Source: Craspedostauros australis
Taxonomy: Eukaryota
DNA length: 64,000 nt
Assembly (NCBI GenBank): GCA_030167865.1
Contig: JALAGF010006677.1
Coordinates: 1-64,000 of the forward strand
Direction of reading: 5' to 3'
In this document: positions 34,606 to 47,755 of the stretch, one piece after another
Layout of the letters: the number at the start of each line of letters is the position of its first letter
How positions within the stretch are numbered: position 1 is the first letter of the stretch
Position numbers and translations under genes: made by a program
The notes under the pieces: generated by a model
The model's input: the letters and a program-made list of their open reading frames with translations, nothing else
What the model was told of the DNA's origin: nothing
The model's database searches: none

Positions 34606-37600
34606 ATGTCGCTTTCAACTTTGGGCCAGCAGCTGGCCGTGCTGAATGCTCCGGGACAGAGCGCGGGCTTCTCCAAATCGTCGTCGAAACGAAACAATGA
34701 GGCCGTGGGACGTGGCGTCAACTTCTCCGTCTCCGCGGGTCATGCCGTGTCGCGAAAGTCGCACCTGTTCAAGCCGTCCATAATCTACGAAGATGCCAAG
34801 AAGGCGGCCGATGTCCCGATCGCCACCATCCGCGAGAACTGCGTCGCCGCATTCAAAGAGCTGGCTGCCATGGATGACATGTTCGCGTCCTACACGGCGG
34901 CTTTCTGCAAAACCAGCATGCCGGAGCGCGGAATGCTGACGGCAAGCGAAAATCAGCACCTCGACTCGCAGATCCAGGAGCTCATCACGCGCCTTTGCAC
35001 CTACTTGGACTGCGGCAAGGCCATCACACCAGCATGTCTGCATGTCATCGAGTACCTGCTTCGGAAATTCGACATCCACCTGCGTCCCCAGCTGGCATCC
35101 GACACCATCCTCAACCTCCTGCCGTTCCACGAGGAACCATTCATGCTGCGGTTTCTGCAGCTCGTGGATCTTTCCAACACCAACTGGAACTTCCTGCGTC
35201 CCTACGCGGCGCCGGGATCTTCCTTTGCCAGGCAGCTCGTTTCCAAGGAGGTGGCGAAGAATAAGGTGCTCGCTGATCAGCTCTGCAGTTTGGTCACGCG
35301 CGTGGCAAAGACCAGCAGGCACGATCGAACCATCTCGTTTGCTGCGGCCGTCCTCGTCGAAGCGGTTGCAATGCAAACGAAGCAGACAGGATCCATTCAC
35401 GAACCAACCTGCAAGTCTCTGCTGCGATGGTGTCAGGTGGCAACCAGTCTGCCCGAAAGCGAGGCGCATCGCAACTGGGGGTACGTCGTCGCTTCCAGCA
35501 TAATCGAAAGCAGCGTCCTGGCCTATTCTGCGCGCACTGCGCTGGCCGACAGCATCTTGAACGGCCTCGTTAACGCCACCGAACGCACCAGGCTCAACGG
35601 TATGATGCTCATCCTGTCGGTCCTCTCGCAACGGACTCCTCACGACACCAAAGCCACCATGCTCCCGATCATTGGAGCGCTGCCGATGGGAGTCACCATG
35701 GAGCAGCAAACTTTCCTCAAGGTGCTCAAGGTCCAGGATGTCACCTACCTTCTGGGATACATCTTTGCGGAGGAGGGGGCCGTAACCACTGGGAGGCTGG
35801 TGGCAAGCTTTTCCGTCCTGGCCTGGGGCCTGCTCATGGAATCGCAAGAAGCATCCGCGCGGGAGCTCATGAAGACCTTCCTCCTTGGTCTGCTGGAAGA
35901 GAGGGACTTGTCTCCCGTTTGGAAGCAGGATCAGGGCAAGATGCTGGCATCCTTCGTGGCCCACGTCCTCTCGTACTGCAAGAAGCAAACCGATCCGACG
36001 GCAACCAATTTCGGCAGGGAGACGGAAAGCATATTGACCAGCGCGCAGAAGCTGGACGCGCACGGCTACGACCTGGGACTGGCATACGCATTGAAGGTTT
36101 CGAATGATTCTCAGCGGTCCAACATCGCAACGTGGGTGGGTATCGCGACGCCGAAAGCCTCGACCTCCGAAGATCGGTGGACGGATCTTCTCCCACCGCG
36201 GATAGCACTCGATCATGCCGATGCTGACGTCAGAGCTTCGGCTGTAGAACGCTTGATGAAGGATCGCAAAGAGAGATCGGAGGACGAGGGGGAAACTCTG
36301 TTAGATGCCTTGCTGCGTCGATTCAGCGTCGAAGACACGCCACGTGTCGCGCTCACAGTCGGAAAAGCTGTGCAGAGTCTCCTGAGCGACCCCGGTGTAT
36401 ACACCAAGGAAAATTCATCGACGGTGCTCGAGTCGTACTTTCGATGGATGGAAACACCATCCAATGTCACTGCGGAGGTGATCGAACTTGCATTCCTGCT
36501 CCTCACGCGCACGCTTCCAACGAAGCCGTTCACGATTGATGACAGCCTTGCCTTCAGCCAGATTGTTGCGCTCGCTGCTAATTTGGACGGACCCAATCGT
36601 GATCAAGCCGCAGCTGCGCTTTGCCAATGCGCAGGAAGCACAACCAGCATCACCAAGGTCACGAAAGCACGACTGTTCCTTTCATCGGAACTCGTCCTCG
36701 GCGCCTTTCGTGCAAGAGATGACACCATCCTGCAAGGAGCCATAGAACAGTACAGCTACCACAAGTGCCTTCATGCCACCCTCACCTCCTTCATCGAATG
36801 CTTCAAGGACCAGTCCATGCAGGATGCAGTTGGTGCTGGCGAGATGCCAAGCCACGCCGAGAATGCAATCCAATTCTGCCTCGATGCTCTTCGATTTGCC
36901 TCCATCAACAAGCGCAGCATTAGCAAGAAGCACGATCCCAACACCCAACAATATCGAGAGCACGTCAAGGAATGTCTCGCACTCGCATCGACGCAGTGCT
37001 CGCTGTCAGGGCCTGGACTGATCTCTCTGCTGCACGCTCTTGGGTCGACATCACCAGAAGACTTTGATTCCATGATCGCACCGATGCTCAAAAGCCTCTG
37101 CAGCACCATGAAGGACTCGGCAGGCGGGTCCGTCGCTTTGTACGCGACAGTAATGGAGGCCACTCTGTCTTCAGACTCGCCAGAAGCCGTGCAGAACCTT
37201 CTCTCCCTCGTCGAAACTTCGATCTCAAAGGAATCCGCGCAGGGCGCCGAGTACGCAATCGTCCCCACTCTTGCGCTGACGATACACACCCACGAGACCG
37301 TGCGGGCCAAAGCAATCACCATCCTCAAATCCGTCGCTTTCCGGATTTCCAAAGGAACAACCGCGTCGCAGTTCAAGTCGCTGACGACTTTCCTGTCCCA
37401 TCTGTGCACCGACGAGAACACGATCATCCTCGGTGGCATGGATGGCATCTACAGTGCCTTTACGGGTGCAGTCAGCAAGACAGGCCAACCGGAAAAGCTC
37501 CAGAAATTGCTGGGGGCGTTGTGCGTCTACGCAAGCGCTGCCTATGGCGGAGCCTCACTGACCAATGCCAGCAAGGCCTTCCACCACAGCTGGCTTGCCA

Positions 37601-40600
37601 ACAGAGTGCCAGCCGGCGGGTCGCTTGCCGCGGCCACCGTGCTGCGCATGATGGAAATGGCAGGCGAAGACTCCATCCCTCTCAACATGCGATGGAAGCA
37701 TGCAGGTTCACCCATCTTCAACGGCCTCACGAGCAGGAAGATCGATTCTCGCGAATCCAAGCCTGCGGATGGTCTCATCTATGCCATCACGCGCATGCTT
37801 GGCGGATTCCTCGCACCTGCCGACGAATCCACAGGTCCATCGCAAAAGCTCACCATCACGACAGGACCATCGTCCAACGGCAGGAGATCCCGGTCGTACT
37901 CCGTGGACAAGAACGAACGCGGTCAATTCATCCAACCGTACCCCAAGGACATGCTGAAAGCATTCTGCGGCATCCTGAAGGATAGCACTGCTTCGACCAT
38001 GGTATCACTGTTCCAAGCCTCCATCTACCGAGTCGTTCTCGGAAGCTCGCAATGGGGACGCACCATCTTCCATGGTTTGCCCACATCATCTCGCAAGGAA
38101 ATTGTGACAGCGTTGATCGTCAAGGGCGCGGATAACATCACGACGGAGTGCGAAAATGCGCTCTTCACCCTTCCACTCACCACGGCAGATCTGGCGTCGT
38201 TGATTCAAGGATTCATCAAAACATCCAAGGACACCACCCAGATCTCGTTGCTGTCGGACTACGTGTTCACGAAGGCCTCCGAGCTGACAGCATCCAAGGA
38301 CATCTCCAAATTGCTGTCTGTCATGTTTGCAGGCCTCATGAGAGTCACGGCGTATGCAGTTCAAACGAATGGCAATACTTCGAATCAGGATCATGATTTT
38401 GCCTGTCAGTCCATCATCGCAGCATTGGCTGCAGTCTACCAACACATGGAGCGCAAGAAGGACAACCCGGGGCAGGAAATGAAGGAGCTGGACGATCACC
38501 AGGACTTCGCATCGTGGATGGAACGCATCGTCGTTCTTTTGGGTGGATCGGCGCCAAAGGTTCAGGCGCTGTCCCTGTCTCGATCGAGATTGACCCTCAT
38601 CAGGCTTATGGCTTCCATGTCCATCATCCATCCAAAACCCGTCAGTCAGTTCGTCATGCCAGCGCTTCTTGCGAACGTCAAGACGGAAGTCTCTGGAGGG
38701 TTCGTCTCGGCAGCCCAATTCCGAGTCATCATGCCGCATGTCTTCCGACTTGCGAAGACGCAGAATCTTTCGATCCCGCTGCAATTCAAAGCCTTCGTGG
38801 ATCTCGTGGAACGATCAACGGAGGGTGGCCGCATGCGACGCAAGGTGTACAAGGCATTCGTTGAGGGCATGAAGTCGCCCGCAGGCATCGAAGATTTCTC
38901 TCCTGTCGGTGGCGTCATCGCCACCTTGCTTGCCGTCAGCGGAACATCAGGCGAAGCGACAGAAGCATGGGGCAACGACGGCGAGAAGATGTCCATCATC
39001 GAAGTTGCGGTCAAGATCATGAGACTTTGCAATCCCAAGACGCAAGTCAATGCTGCGGTCTGGATCGCGGCCAGCGTTCGCAAGATCTTGACCGCGCTGT
39101 CAGGGGACTCCATGGTGGAAGATGAGGCATCACGTTTCTCCACGGATGACATCCGCATGCTGGTGGCCGAGCATCGCGGGTCGGGCTTGGAAACATCCAG
39201 CACACAAGCCGAAAAGAAGACTGATCTGTTGAAATTCTGCAACGACGCCATCCTCGTCGTTAGCGAGGCACTGATGGCCGACAACTTCGCAGCGCACATC
39301 AATGCATCGACGGGAGACGAATCGTCGAACTCGTTGGAGCTGTGGCAGGATCTGCTTCTGCTGCAGTCAATGCCTATCCCAACCATCGATGGTGTGGACA
39401 CGGGATTCATCAAAGAAACGATGACGGAAACAGTCAAGGAGAGCCACGAATATCTCCAGAGCTACTTGCCGTTGCCAGTCTTCCTCGCTGCCACCACCAC
39501 CCTCATCAACGAAGGAGAGACCAGCGGAATCCGCTCACGAGCACTGAAGCTGCTGGCAAGCCGCGCGGAGAATGTGGAAGCCAACAGCGCGGAAGCCGCG
39601 TTGTTCTCCGATCTGTTCCCGCTGCTTGTGAGCTTGCTCAACGTGAATGCCTCCAAGGAACCTGGACAGTACTTGGTGCAACAATCCGCGTTGAATGCAC
39701 TCGAAACCATGGTGAGGGTGTTCGGACTGCCCAGCATCAGCAACACGAAGAGCAAACGTGCCGTTTCAATGTCTACGTTGGAGTCAGCTCTCAAGGCGAG
39801 CTCAAGTCTTTCCCTGCATCTCAGCTACGGATTTGAAGACATGACGTCCCCAGATGCGCTGGCCAAGGCGGCGGGGCCAATGGCCCTCAAGCTTGAGCGG
39901 TTGAGCGGCCTCGTACGTGCATCCCACGCATGCTGCGCCATGCTTGTACGTGCATGCGGAGCGCGCAGCCTGCCTTTCCTGGGAACTATGATGGAATCAT
40001 TCATCAAGACCCTTTCCATCGCGCACGAACTGTTCCCATCCAATGCAGCAGTAGCAAACAGCATGAGCGATGACGACGATGAAGATGATTTGAACGATCT
40101 GCGACAACAGCTCCGCGTCTTCCAGGTGTCGACGGTGCAGACGTTGGATGATCTCATCCAGACTATCCCCCAGTTCGTTTCGGCCTACATTGAGGCGTTG
40201 CTGTCTGATACTGTGCTCTGTTCGAAGACCCTGCAGATCGATGGAAGAAAAGATGGTGAGATCATGGTCCACGAAGCCATGAAGTCTATGGAGGAGACGT
40301 TCGCATCGAAGATTCCAGCACGGCAGCTGATTTCCCGCCTTGCTGTTGTCATGACACAGTGCGAGAATGTGAACGGCATGGTTGCGCTGTTATCGATCCT
40401 TCGCAAGTCCGTCGAAAAGGCTTCAGGTTCGGAGACGGTGTCGCTGAGCCAATTTGTCGTCTCAACATGCCTGCATGTCTTTGAAAATTCGCCGAACAGC
40501 AGCGACGACACGGACGATGATGAAGAGGCCGGTGATCTTGATGCCAACGGTATGGCCAACCAGGTTCTCCTGACGATGATAATGAAGCTCTCCGAAGTCC

Positions 40601-41730
40601 AGTTGCGGCCCGTGTTCATGAAGCTGCGAGATTGGCGCGGCGATTTCAACAAGGAGAATCCCAACGAGAATGCCCACAAACGGTTGGCGTTCTGGAGCCT
40701 GTGCTCTCTGCTCGGTGAAGAATTGAAGTCGATCTTCCTGCCGTGCTTGGGCACTGTCTTCAACGACGCTGTGGATGAATTGGTAAGTTCGATGCACAGC
40801 TACGTACGAATACTGTGGTGATGCTACGGTACCATTGCACAATGTCATGCGATACCATGAGCTGAAATCTCATGTGGTGGTGGTGGCGGCAGCGGTAGCA
40901 GCAGCAACAGTTGATGGTGGTGCCTACCCACACCATACATGCTGGACAGTCACTGCAAGATGATTCGATGACTAACAAAGATCGATCCATCGCTCGTTGC
41001 TATTGGCGGTGTTGCGAAAATTGCACGACTACCTACACATTGCACACTTGCTGCGGCGAAAACTCTGATAATATGTGCCTGAATCCAGTCCTATGCCGTG
41101 ACACAGCTCTGCTCTGTGACTGGTAAGAAGCTCTCGGAGGGAAAGAAGAAGCGCAAGATGGCCACCGGCTCGTCGGGTCGAACGAACGGACAAGGGCAGC
41201 CGGTGGGCATCCTGAAGCCTTTGCTGCGCTGCATGGAAGTTTCATTGGAGGCAGATGCGCGCGCAGGAGGAGAATGGATTCGTGCCGACAACTCCCAGCG
41301 CTACAATCTGTTGCTCGAGCCTCTTTGTCGTTTGTTGCAGAGCGAATTTTCCAACACCAACAACAGTCCAAGCGATAAGTTTGCATCGATTGTGGAAGGC
41401 AAGGGATCCAGCGACGGCAACGTCGTGGGGACAATCGTCGCGTTGGCCTCTGCGGCCGGCGACGAACAGCTTTGGAAGCCGCTGAATCATTCCGTACTCC
41501 AAGCCGCGTCGCACGAGGACCGATCGGACGTCCGCAGAGCTGGAGTATCGTGTCTGCTGGAGCTCGTGAGGACGTTAGGCGAGGAGTACATGGTGCTGTT
41601 GCCCGAGTGCCTCCCTGTTCTATCAGAACTGTTGGAGGACGACGACGAAAGAATATCCGGTGCGGCGAGGGACTGTATCGAGCTGAGCGAAGAGCTCCTT
41701 GGCGAGAGTCTGGAAGACAGCCTGCGATAG
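34606..41730 (+). CDS. HEATR1: HEAT-repeat SSU processome protein HEATR1/UTP10/BAP28 (exons 34606-40782, 41089-41730)
   Basis: N-terminal MSLSTLGQQL, HVIEYLLRKFDIH and LPFHE. C-terminal BP28CT-like KLSEVQLRPVF, LWKPLN and EYMVLLPECLPVLSELLED. In-frame GT-AG intron. Confidence 0.92.
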
Positions 41731-43258
41731 GTGTGCTATAATCGTAGCACTTTGCAGAAGTTTGGATGAGAATAGAGCAAAGAGCGGACGCTGATGGATA
41801 CTATATCAACCGTTGCAAATAATACTATAGCGGCTAGAAAGCAACGATTGTTCAGACACGCTCGTCACAGATCGGTGAGAATCTTTGTTGAGTACGATGT
41901 GTAGCAACAGAGTATCGGTGGAACAATCGGTACGGTCCTTCTGCCCCACTGCCCTGATGCCTGGAATCGTGATGTGATGATCTCTCAGACGGCGTCATTG
42001 GTGGTGTCGCTGTCTGCTTGAGGAGATGTGAATATTATCGCTGGTTGGAGATTGTTCATGCATGACGTGTACGGAGACTCTTGTTTCAATCGTCCAGGCG
42101 ACTCTCCGATGCGTCATCATGTTGTGCAATCCGAACGAACCGATGATGGAATGGCTGAATCCTCACCATTCAATCCACCAGTCACTACCAAAGCTCCCAC
42201 CGACAAGAGCCTTCTTTGGATGGACGGTTGCTTCAATGGATGAGTGGATGAGTGGGTTGGTGGGTTGGCAGTGGGAAAGCGGGGAAGAGCGAAGGTGGGA
42301 AACAAGGAAGGAACAAGAGGCATCGTCATCAGCGAAGGATGCGACGCTGCTCGTAGATACACACTGACAAACGAGCTTTCTCTCTCTGTGTGTGTCTGTC
42401 TGTCTGCTCTGTCACGTTTGGAACAATTACATTTGACTCCAACCCACCATCACCAGCCGGAAATATTGAGTTCCGTGCACACCTAACGGTCGCCGACTCT
42501 TGTTGCCATCATTCTTTCGCGTGACTTGTGGTGTGATGTGTTTTTGTGTTGTGGTTCCGTGTTCGTCTTTTCGTGTTTTTGTGTTTTCTTTCGGTGAACA
42601 ACATGATTCGATTCCTTCGACTCGAGCCGATTCTTGTTTGTTCTTGTCCCACGACGAAAAAGTGGCTCTCATGATTGCCGGCGGGCGTGTTTCCCGACAA
42701 AAAGGTCAGATCAACGCTCCCATCGTGTGAATGGCGTGACAATTAACAATATGATTATATTCAGGTACGTTTACCGTTATTATTCGATCCGTTAACTTGG
42801 TCCAGCCAAGCGCCTTTTGCCAAGAACAAAATAATAGCCGCTGCCATAACACGATCATGTGCTACCCGTTGGATTGGAAAAAACAAGCCTCATTTTGCGT
42901 CGGTGTGAGAGTCGGCCAAAGAGGTGCTCACCTTTTGTGCACCACCGAGCCAATTTTGCAAGTCCAAGATCCCAAGGCAAAAAAGCAGGAAGCCGGCAAA
43001 CACATCAAGGCGTCGGTCGAGCCTCCATCCTTCCTTCCACAACATCGCATTGAGCACATCCTGAACACCACCAAAGACAACAGCCACAGCAACATCATCA
43101 CGTAGCAGCCATAAACTCAATCCATCGGGGCATCATCATCATCGTCATCATCGGTATCTGCATCAACGTCAACGTCGTATGACCAACGAACATCTACAGC
43201 AACAGCAACACAAACATCAAACACCAGTCACATAATCACGACCACGATCACAGGAATC

Positions 43259-44938
43259 ATGTACTCCGTTGAACACAGCAAGACTTCCGAAGGTGCACCA
43301 TCGCAAAACGCTGGGCCCAACAAGCCAGCAGCAGGCGATCTCGGCGCTGCTCGTCACATCGCTCAAGTGGCGACGGAAAAACGATTCGAGCAGAATCGCG
43401 GTGATATTGAGGACTGGGACTCATCAAGGGATGGATCTCATCCCAACTCGCCACTCAATTCGGTCACAGGGAAGCGCAAGTCGTCGGAGTGTGACCGCCA
43501 ACCAGAGTCGCCTGGTGATGACCTTCATGATCACACCAGCTGGCGTCGCGAAAAGCACTTCCGTGCCGATCCGATGGACATGGACTCGCCGGCATCGTAT
43601 CCAAAGGATGTCATGGTGTCCGAGGACGCCGCGCAGGCATACGCTCGCAGCGCTCACGGTGTCTACCAGGAACCACCTGTGCACACCGCGAGCATCTCGA
43701 CACCAGTGCTGACTCACGAAAGCGAGAGACACGCATACGACCACCCATCCTTCCGTCCCAGCTTCTTCCCAGGAACCGCCAACGTGCAGGAGCACAGTCC
43801 GGCTCACGGAACAACCTCAACAGGTGGACACTCCCACGGCCAGAGTCACGGACATTTTAGCTTCAACCCACATCCCAGCCAGGCGCAAAGCAACTCCGGC
43901 AGCCCATACCAGACCCACACCCCACCACGCCAGCCTCACCACTTTTCTCCGGAGATGTCGACGCCGCCGCGGTACGGACCACCACCGGTCCAGCCCGACT
44001 CCTACGGTCGCCGTCGTTGGGCATGCGACTACTGCAGCGTCGCCACTTTCTCGAGCTACGAGGAAGCCTGCGCTCACGAGGAAGCGTGCGCGCGTCGCAA
44101 TCAGGACCAATTCGCCGGACGATCGCATGCAACCCAGCCACATGTCCTCCCGTACGAGAACGCACACCACGGCGGCAGCGGCCTCGGCGCACTCTACCAT
44201 GCCACGCAGGAGGTGAACGGACCGCCAATGCCACACCGAAAGCCAATGTGGGGAACTCACCGAGGACCAACCATGCCGCATCTGCCACCACCGCACCCAC
44301 ATCACGGACACCTGGGACACGTCGCGCCACGCGCGTATCACTCCCCACAGGGCCGCTTCCATCACCCATACGCAGGCTTCGACGGTCGTGAGGGACCCAT
44401 GGCGGGCCGCAACATGGACCCCTTCCAGAAGGACCAGAAGCGAATGCTCCTCGCCATGCCAACCGACAGCGACAGCTTGTCTGACCGTCAGTGCTTCGTG
44501 CGCTCGGAGATGGTGGAGATCTTCGCAGCGACCGACAAGGACGTCGCCGCTCGGCACTCCAAGGGCGCCCAGAAGCTCGTCCTGGGACAGGTCGGCATCC
44601 GCTGCGTCCACTGCTCCCACCTCCGACCACGCGATCGCGCCGAACGGGCCGTCTGCTACCCATCGTCGATCAGCCGCATCTACCAGACGGTCGCCGACAT
44701 GCAGCGATTCCACTTCGAGCAGTGCCGCGAGATCCCCAACGAGATCCGCAAGATCTACAAATCGCTGAAGACGACGCGACCGCGCGGAGTTGGTTCGCCG
44801 CAGACCTACTGGATGCAGAGCGCCAAGATGCTGGATCTCGTGGATACCGACGCCGGTATCCGATTCGGCGGCGACGTGAAGAAGGAGTCGAAACCCAAGA
44901 CCAACGAGACCGGGGTCCCAACGCCAGCCACATCCTAA
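43259..44938 (+). CDS. Uncharacterised protein with a C2HC finger and a Cys/His C-terminal domain
   Basis: WACDYC...HEEAC, and LSDRQCFVR...GQVGIRCVHC...HFEQCREIP, separated by Pro/His-rich low-complexity sequence. Confidence 0.75.
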   Translation: MYSVEHSKTSEGAPSQNAGPNKPAAGDLGAARHIAQVATEKRFEQNRGDIEDWDSSRDGSHPNSPLNSVTGKRKSSECDRQPESPGDDLHDHTSWRREKHFRADPMDMDSPASYPKDVMVSEDAAQAYARSAHGVYQEPPVHTASISTPVLTHESERHAYDHPSFRPSFFPGTANVQEHSPAHGTTSTGGHSHGQSHGHFSFNPHPSQAQSNSGSPYQTHTPPRQPHHFSPEMSTPPRYGPPPVQPDSYGRRRWACDYCSVATFSSYEEACAHEEACARRNQDQFAGRSHATQPHVLPYENAHHGGSGLGALYHATQEVNGPPMPHRKPMWGTHRGPTMPHLPPPHPHHGHLGHVAPRAYHSPQGRFHHPYAGFDGREGPMAGRNMDPFQKDQKRMLLAMPTDSDSLSDRQCFVRSEMVEIFAATDKDVAARHSKGAQKLVLGQVGIRCVHCSHLRPRDRAERAVCYPSSISRIYQTVADMQRFHFEQCREIPNEIRKIYKSLKTTRPRGVGSPQTYWMQSAKMLDLVDTDAGIRFGGDVKKESKPKTNETGVPTPATS

Positions 44939-45490
44939 AAGCGAGACATGGGATACTCTGCTCAATGCTCTACTCAAGCAGGCAACCGAGCATGGCCAAC
45001 AAGGGAGCAAGGGCGCGAACGACAATACGATTCCATTTGTCAATAAAACAAGGGGGTTTTACCACGACAACGACTTGTCAACACAAGAAACGCAACAACC
45101 AAGGAAGGGACTTACACAAGCACAGCACAATAACAACAACAACACCAACCAAACGAAAGGATGTGCAGCGAGGCTGTGCATCATCATCGAAAAACCACAT
45201 GTAAAATTAGTAGTTATCGAAATACAAACGAACCCTTGCGATGTTTTGTGGTTATTAGTGGCAGCGACTTGCCAATGTCCGTCATGCCATGGTGTGGTAC
45301 GGTGCAGTGCAGCGCTGGGCTTTGTGCAGAGTGAACCTGAGAGTGATCGCAGTAAAGTAGAGTAAAAGCATGAGGGTATGGTAGAATAATGAGGGTATGG
45401 TAGACTAATGAGATTGTACTGTGTTTCAATTGTTTGGAACGGCGCCTGCTATCGGCAAAAAAGGCCAGAGTGGAGGATTCGATCCGATTC

Positions 45491-45569
45491 AATAACCTTG
45501 TCAGCTGCGAATGGGGGCAAGTCTTCACATAGAACTTTCCCACCACACGTCGCGTCATTCAGGCTTATT
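45491..45569 (-). promoter_or_regulatory. Candidate SECIS element in the SelH 3' UTR
   Basis: Minus strand: AAUAAGCCU pairs with AGGUUAUU (helix I), AUGAC...UGAC core, an imperfect GC-rich helix II, then apical AAA and a ministem. Confidence 0.65.
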
Positions 45570-45834
45570 CAATCCGATCCGATTCGAGTAGATTCTCTCT
45601 CCTCTCTCTGTCTCGTTGCTGGTTACGATCTATAACCAGTAAGAATCTGAGAGCCGTTTGTTCGTTGTTCAAATGGAAGAGGTATAGTACTACGAGGTAG
45701 TATGGTACAGATAGAGTGTAGAGAACAGTCGCTGTTGGCGTTACTGCCACTCAAAGATGTGGCAATATGATCAAGGCTGTGCATCGCACGGACAGCGGAA
45801 GCAACGTGCACTCTGCGGAGAGACCTGCGCGCAT

Positions 45835-46605
45835 CTACGCGGAAGCCTCGATGGCGTCAATCACTTGCTGGTTGACATCATCCATATCCAATGCCTTGAG
45901 CGGAGGGAATGGGCGCTTGAGGCCGAGCAGCTCGATGACGGGTTCCTCCACGCCGCTGACACGGACGACAAAGTTGCCTCTCCCAGGCTTCGATGTTGGT
46001 GAGTGCAGATAAAGGTAGCGTGGGGAATAATAATGGAGTATTGTAGAATAGCATGAGAAACAGACCAACAGGTTTGTGCGCGCGTGGTGAGAGCTTGCTG
46101 CTTCGTCGACAAAGCACAGGTGATTCATGGAGGCAAACATTGCCACGCGCACACGATCGCAAGCCAACATAGAGTACGACCCAGAGCAAAGTACTCCAGA
46201 GAGTACTCTATCCACATTCTGGCTCACCTTCTCAGGATTGACCTCCACAGAGGCCATGGTCCCGACAGCCTTGACAATCTTGTTTGCCCGTGTCTTGAAT
46301 GCGGATCATTGCTTGCACGCTTCGATGGTGACAACGATCGAGGAGCCAGCCTTGCTTTGCTTCTTGGAAGCGGAGCTCTTGGTCTCGGTGGTGGCGGTGG
46401 TCGTGGCAGTGGTTGTCTTCTTTGTCGTCTTTGATGGCGCTGCCGCCTTCTTGCCTGCCGATTTCTTGGTGGCCACGGCCGCCTTCTTGGTCTTCTTGCT
46501 TGGTGGAGGAGCTGTCGTTTCTGCTGCTGCTGCTGCTGGCTCTTCATCCTCCGCGGCTCGCTTGCTCAGCCTTGCGCTTCGTCTGGTGACCCTTGTTTCG
46601 ACCAT
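45835..46605 (-). CDS. SELENOH: Selenoprotein H (Rdx/SelW-like fold, CxxU); exons 46605-46228, 45987-45835; Sec UGA at 46308-46306; 176 aa
   Basis: Basic N-terminus, then VTIEACKQ-UGA-SAFKTRA...NPEK|PGRGNFVV...LLGLKRPFPPLKALDM. SelH-like sequence continues in frame past the UGA. GT...AAG intron with a CACTCAC branch site. Confidence 0.9.
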
Positions 46606-47755
46606 GGTTGCTCTGTTCTTGCTCTTGTTCTTCGACTAAGATTCGACAAGGAAAAGTATGAGTGTGAGTATGAGTATGAGTATGAGTGTGAGCCCTCGTA
46701 TAATGTGCACTATTGCTATGACAGGAGTTGGCGATCTCTCTCTCTGAAACGAAGTTGTTTGCAAGCGAATGACGGGTCCACGATGGGAGGAGTTGTTCGA
46801 ATCTCTGCTGTTTGCGGTAACAGCTGGTGGAGTGAAAAAATGCGGCCCAAGATGAACGGTTTGGCCTTGCGAACGCCTCATCAATGTTTCGAAATAGTGC
46901 TTGCTTAGACCCTTCGTGACGTGTTTTGGCGCGGTTTTCCAGAATGCAAACAGACATCCACGGAGCGAAACACAAACAGACACTGACAAACAGACATGGC
47001 CAAGTGTCTGTCTGAAACGCCTATTTGAATTAGGCCTCATGTCTGTTCGAAATCCATGTAGGCCTATCTTTTGACGGGACTGTTTTAGTCGTATTCTACT
47101 ATCGCCTTGGATGTGCTGTCGTGTGGGCGAGTCATGATTGCTGTGGCAGAAAGGGGTATTGGCAGGCTTATCGTGTTGGAAGGACTCTCTTGTGAGAACA
47201 GAACAAGCAAGAAGAACAATGAGGAAGACGAAGGAGCAATCATGGAACAAGAGGAGCATGACATCGTTTCATGATGAACCGTGCCCCTCAACAACGCTTC
47301 GTCGCGTGTGCTGGTACGACAAAGGTGAGAAATGATGCGGGTCTGGCATAAATTTTGTTCCAATCGCGCTATTACAGAACATCCATGACGGCTGTCGGCG
47401 GTGGCTGATAAAGCCGCCCCCTGATTCCCAACAGGAAGTGTTGCGTTGATGCGCTCACATGCTCTGAGTAAGTAATGTGGTAATGGCGATGGTATGAGAG
47501 ACGTCCATGTGGCTTCAACAACAGCAACAGCAGCAACAACAGCAACAACAACAAACGAGGCAACAAATGACATGTAGGTGTGAAGGACGTACGTACGGCA
47601 CTATCGGCCACATTGAGTCAGCGTTGCAACAGTATCATGCGTACGACTATGTCCATAGGCACCACACCATACCATACCTACTCATCCATCACACATTTCA
47701 GAACGTCCCTCATCCTCGCGGTTCCGCCAACTCTACTGGCAGAGATTGAGCGACA

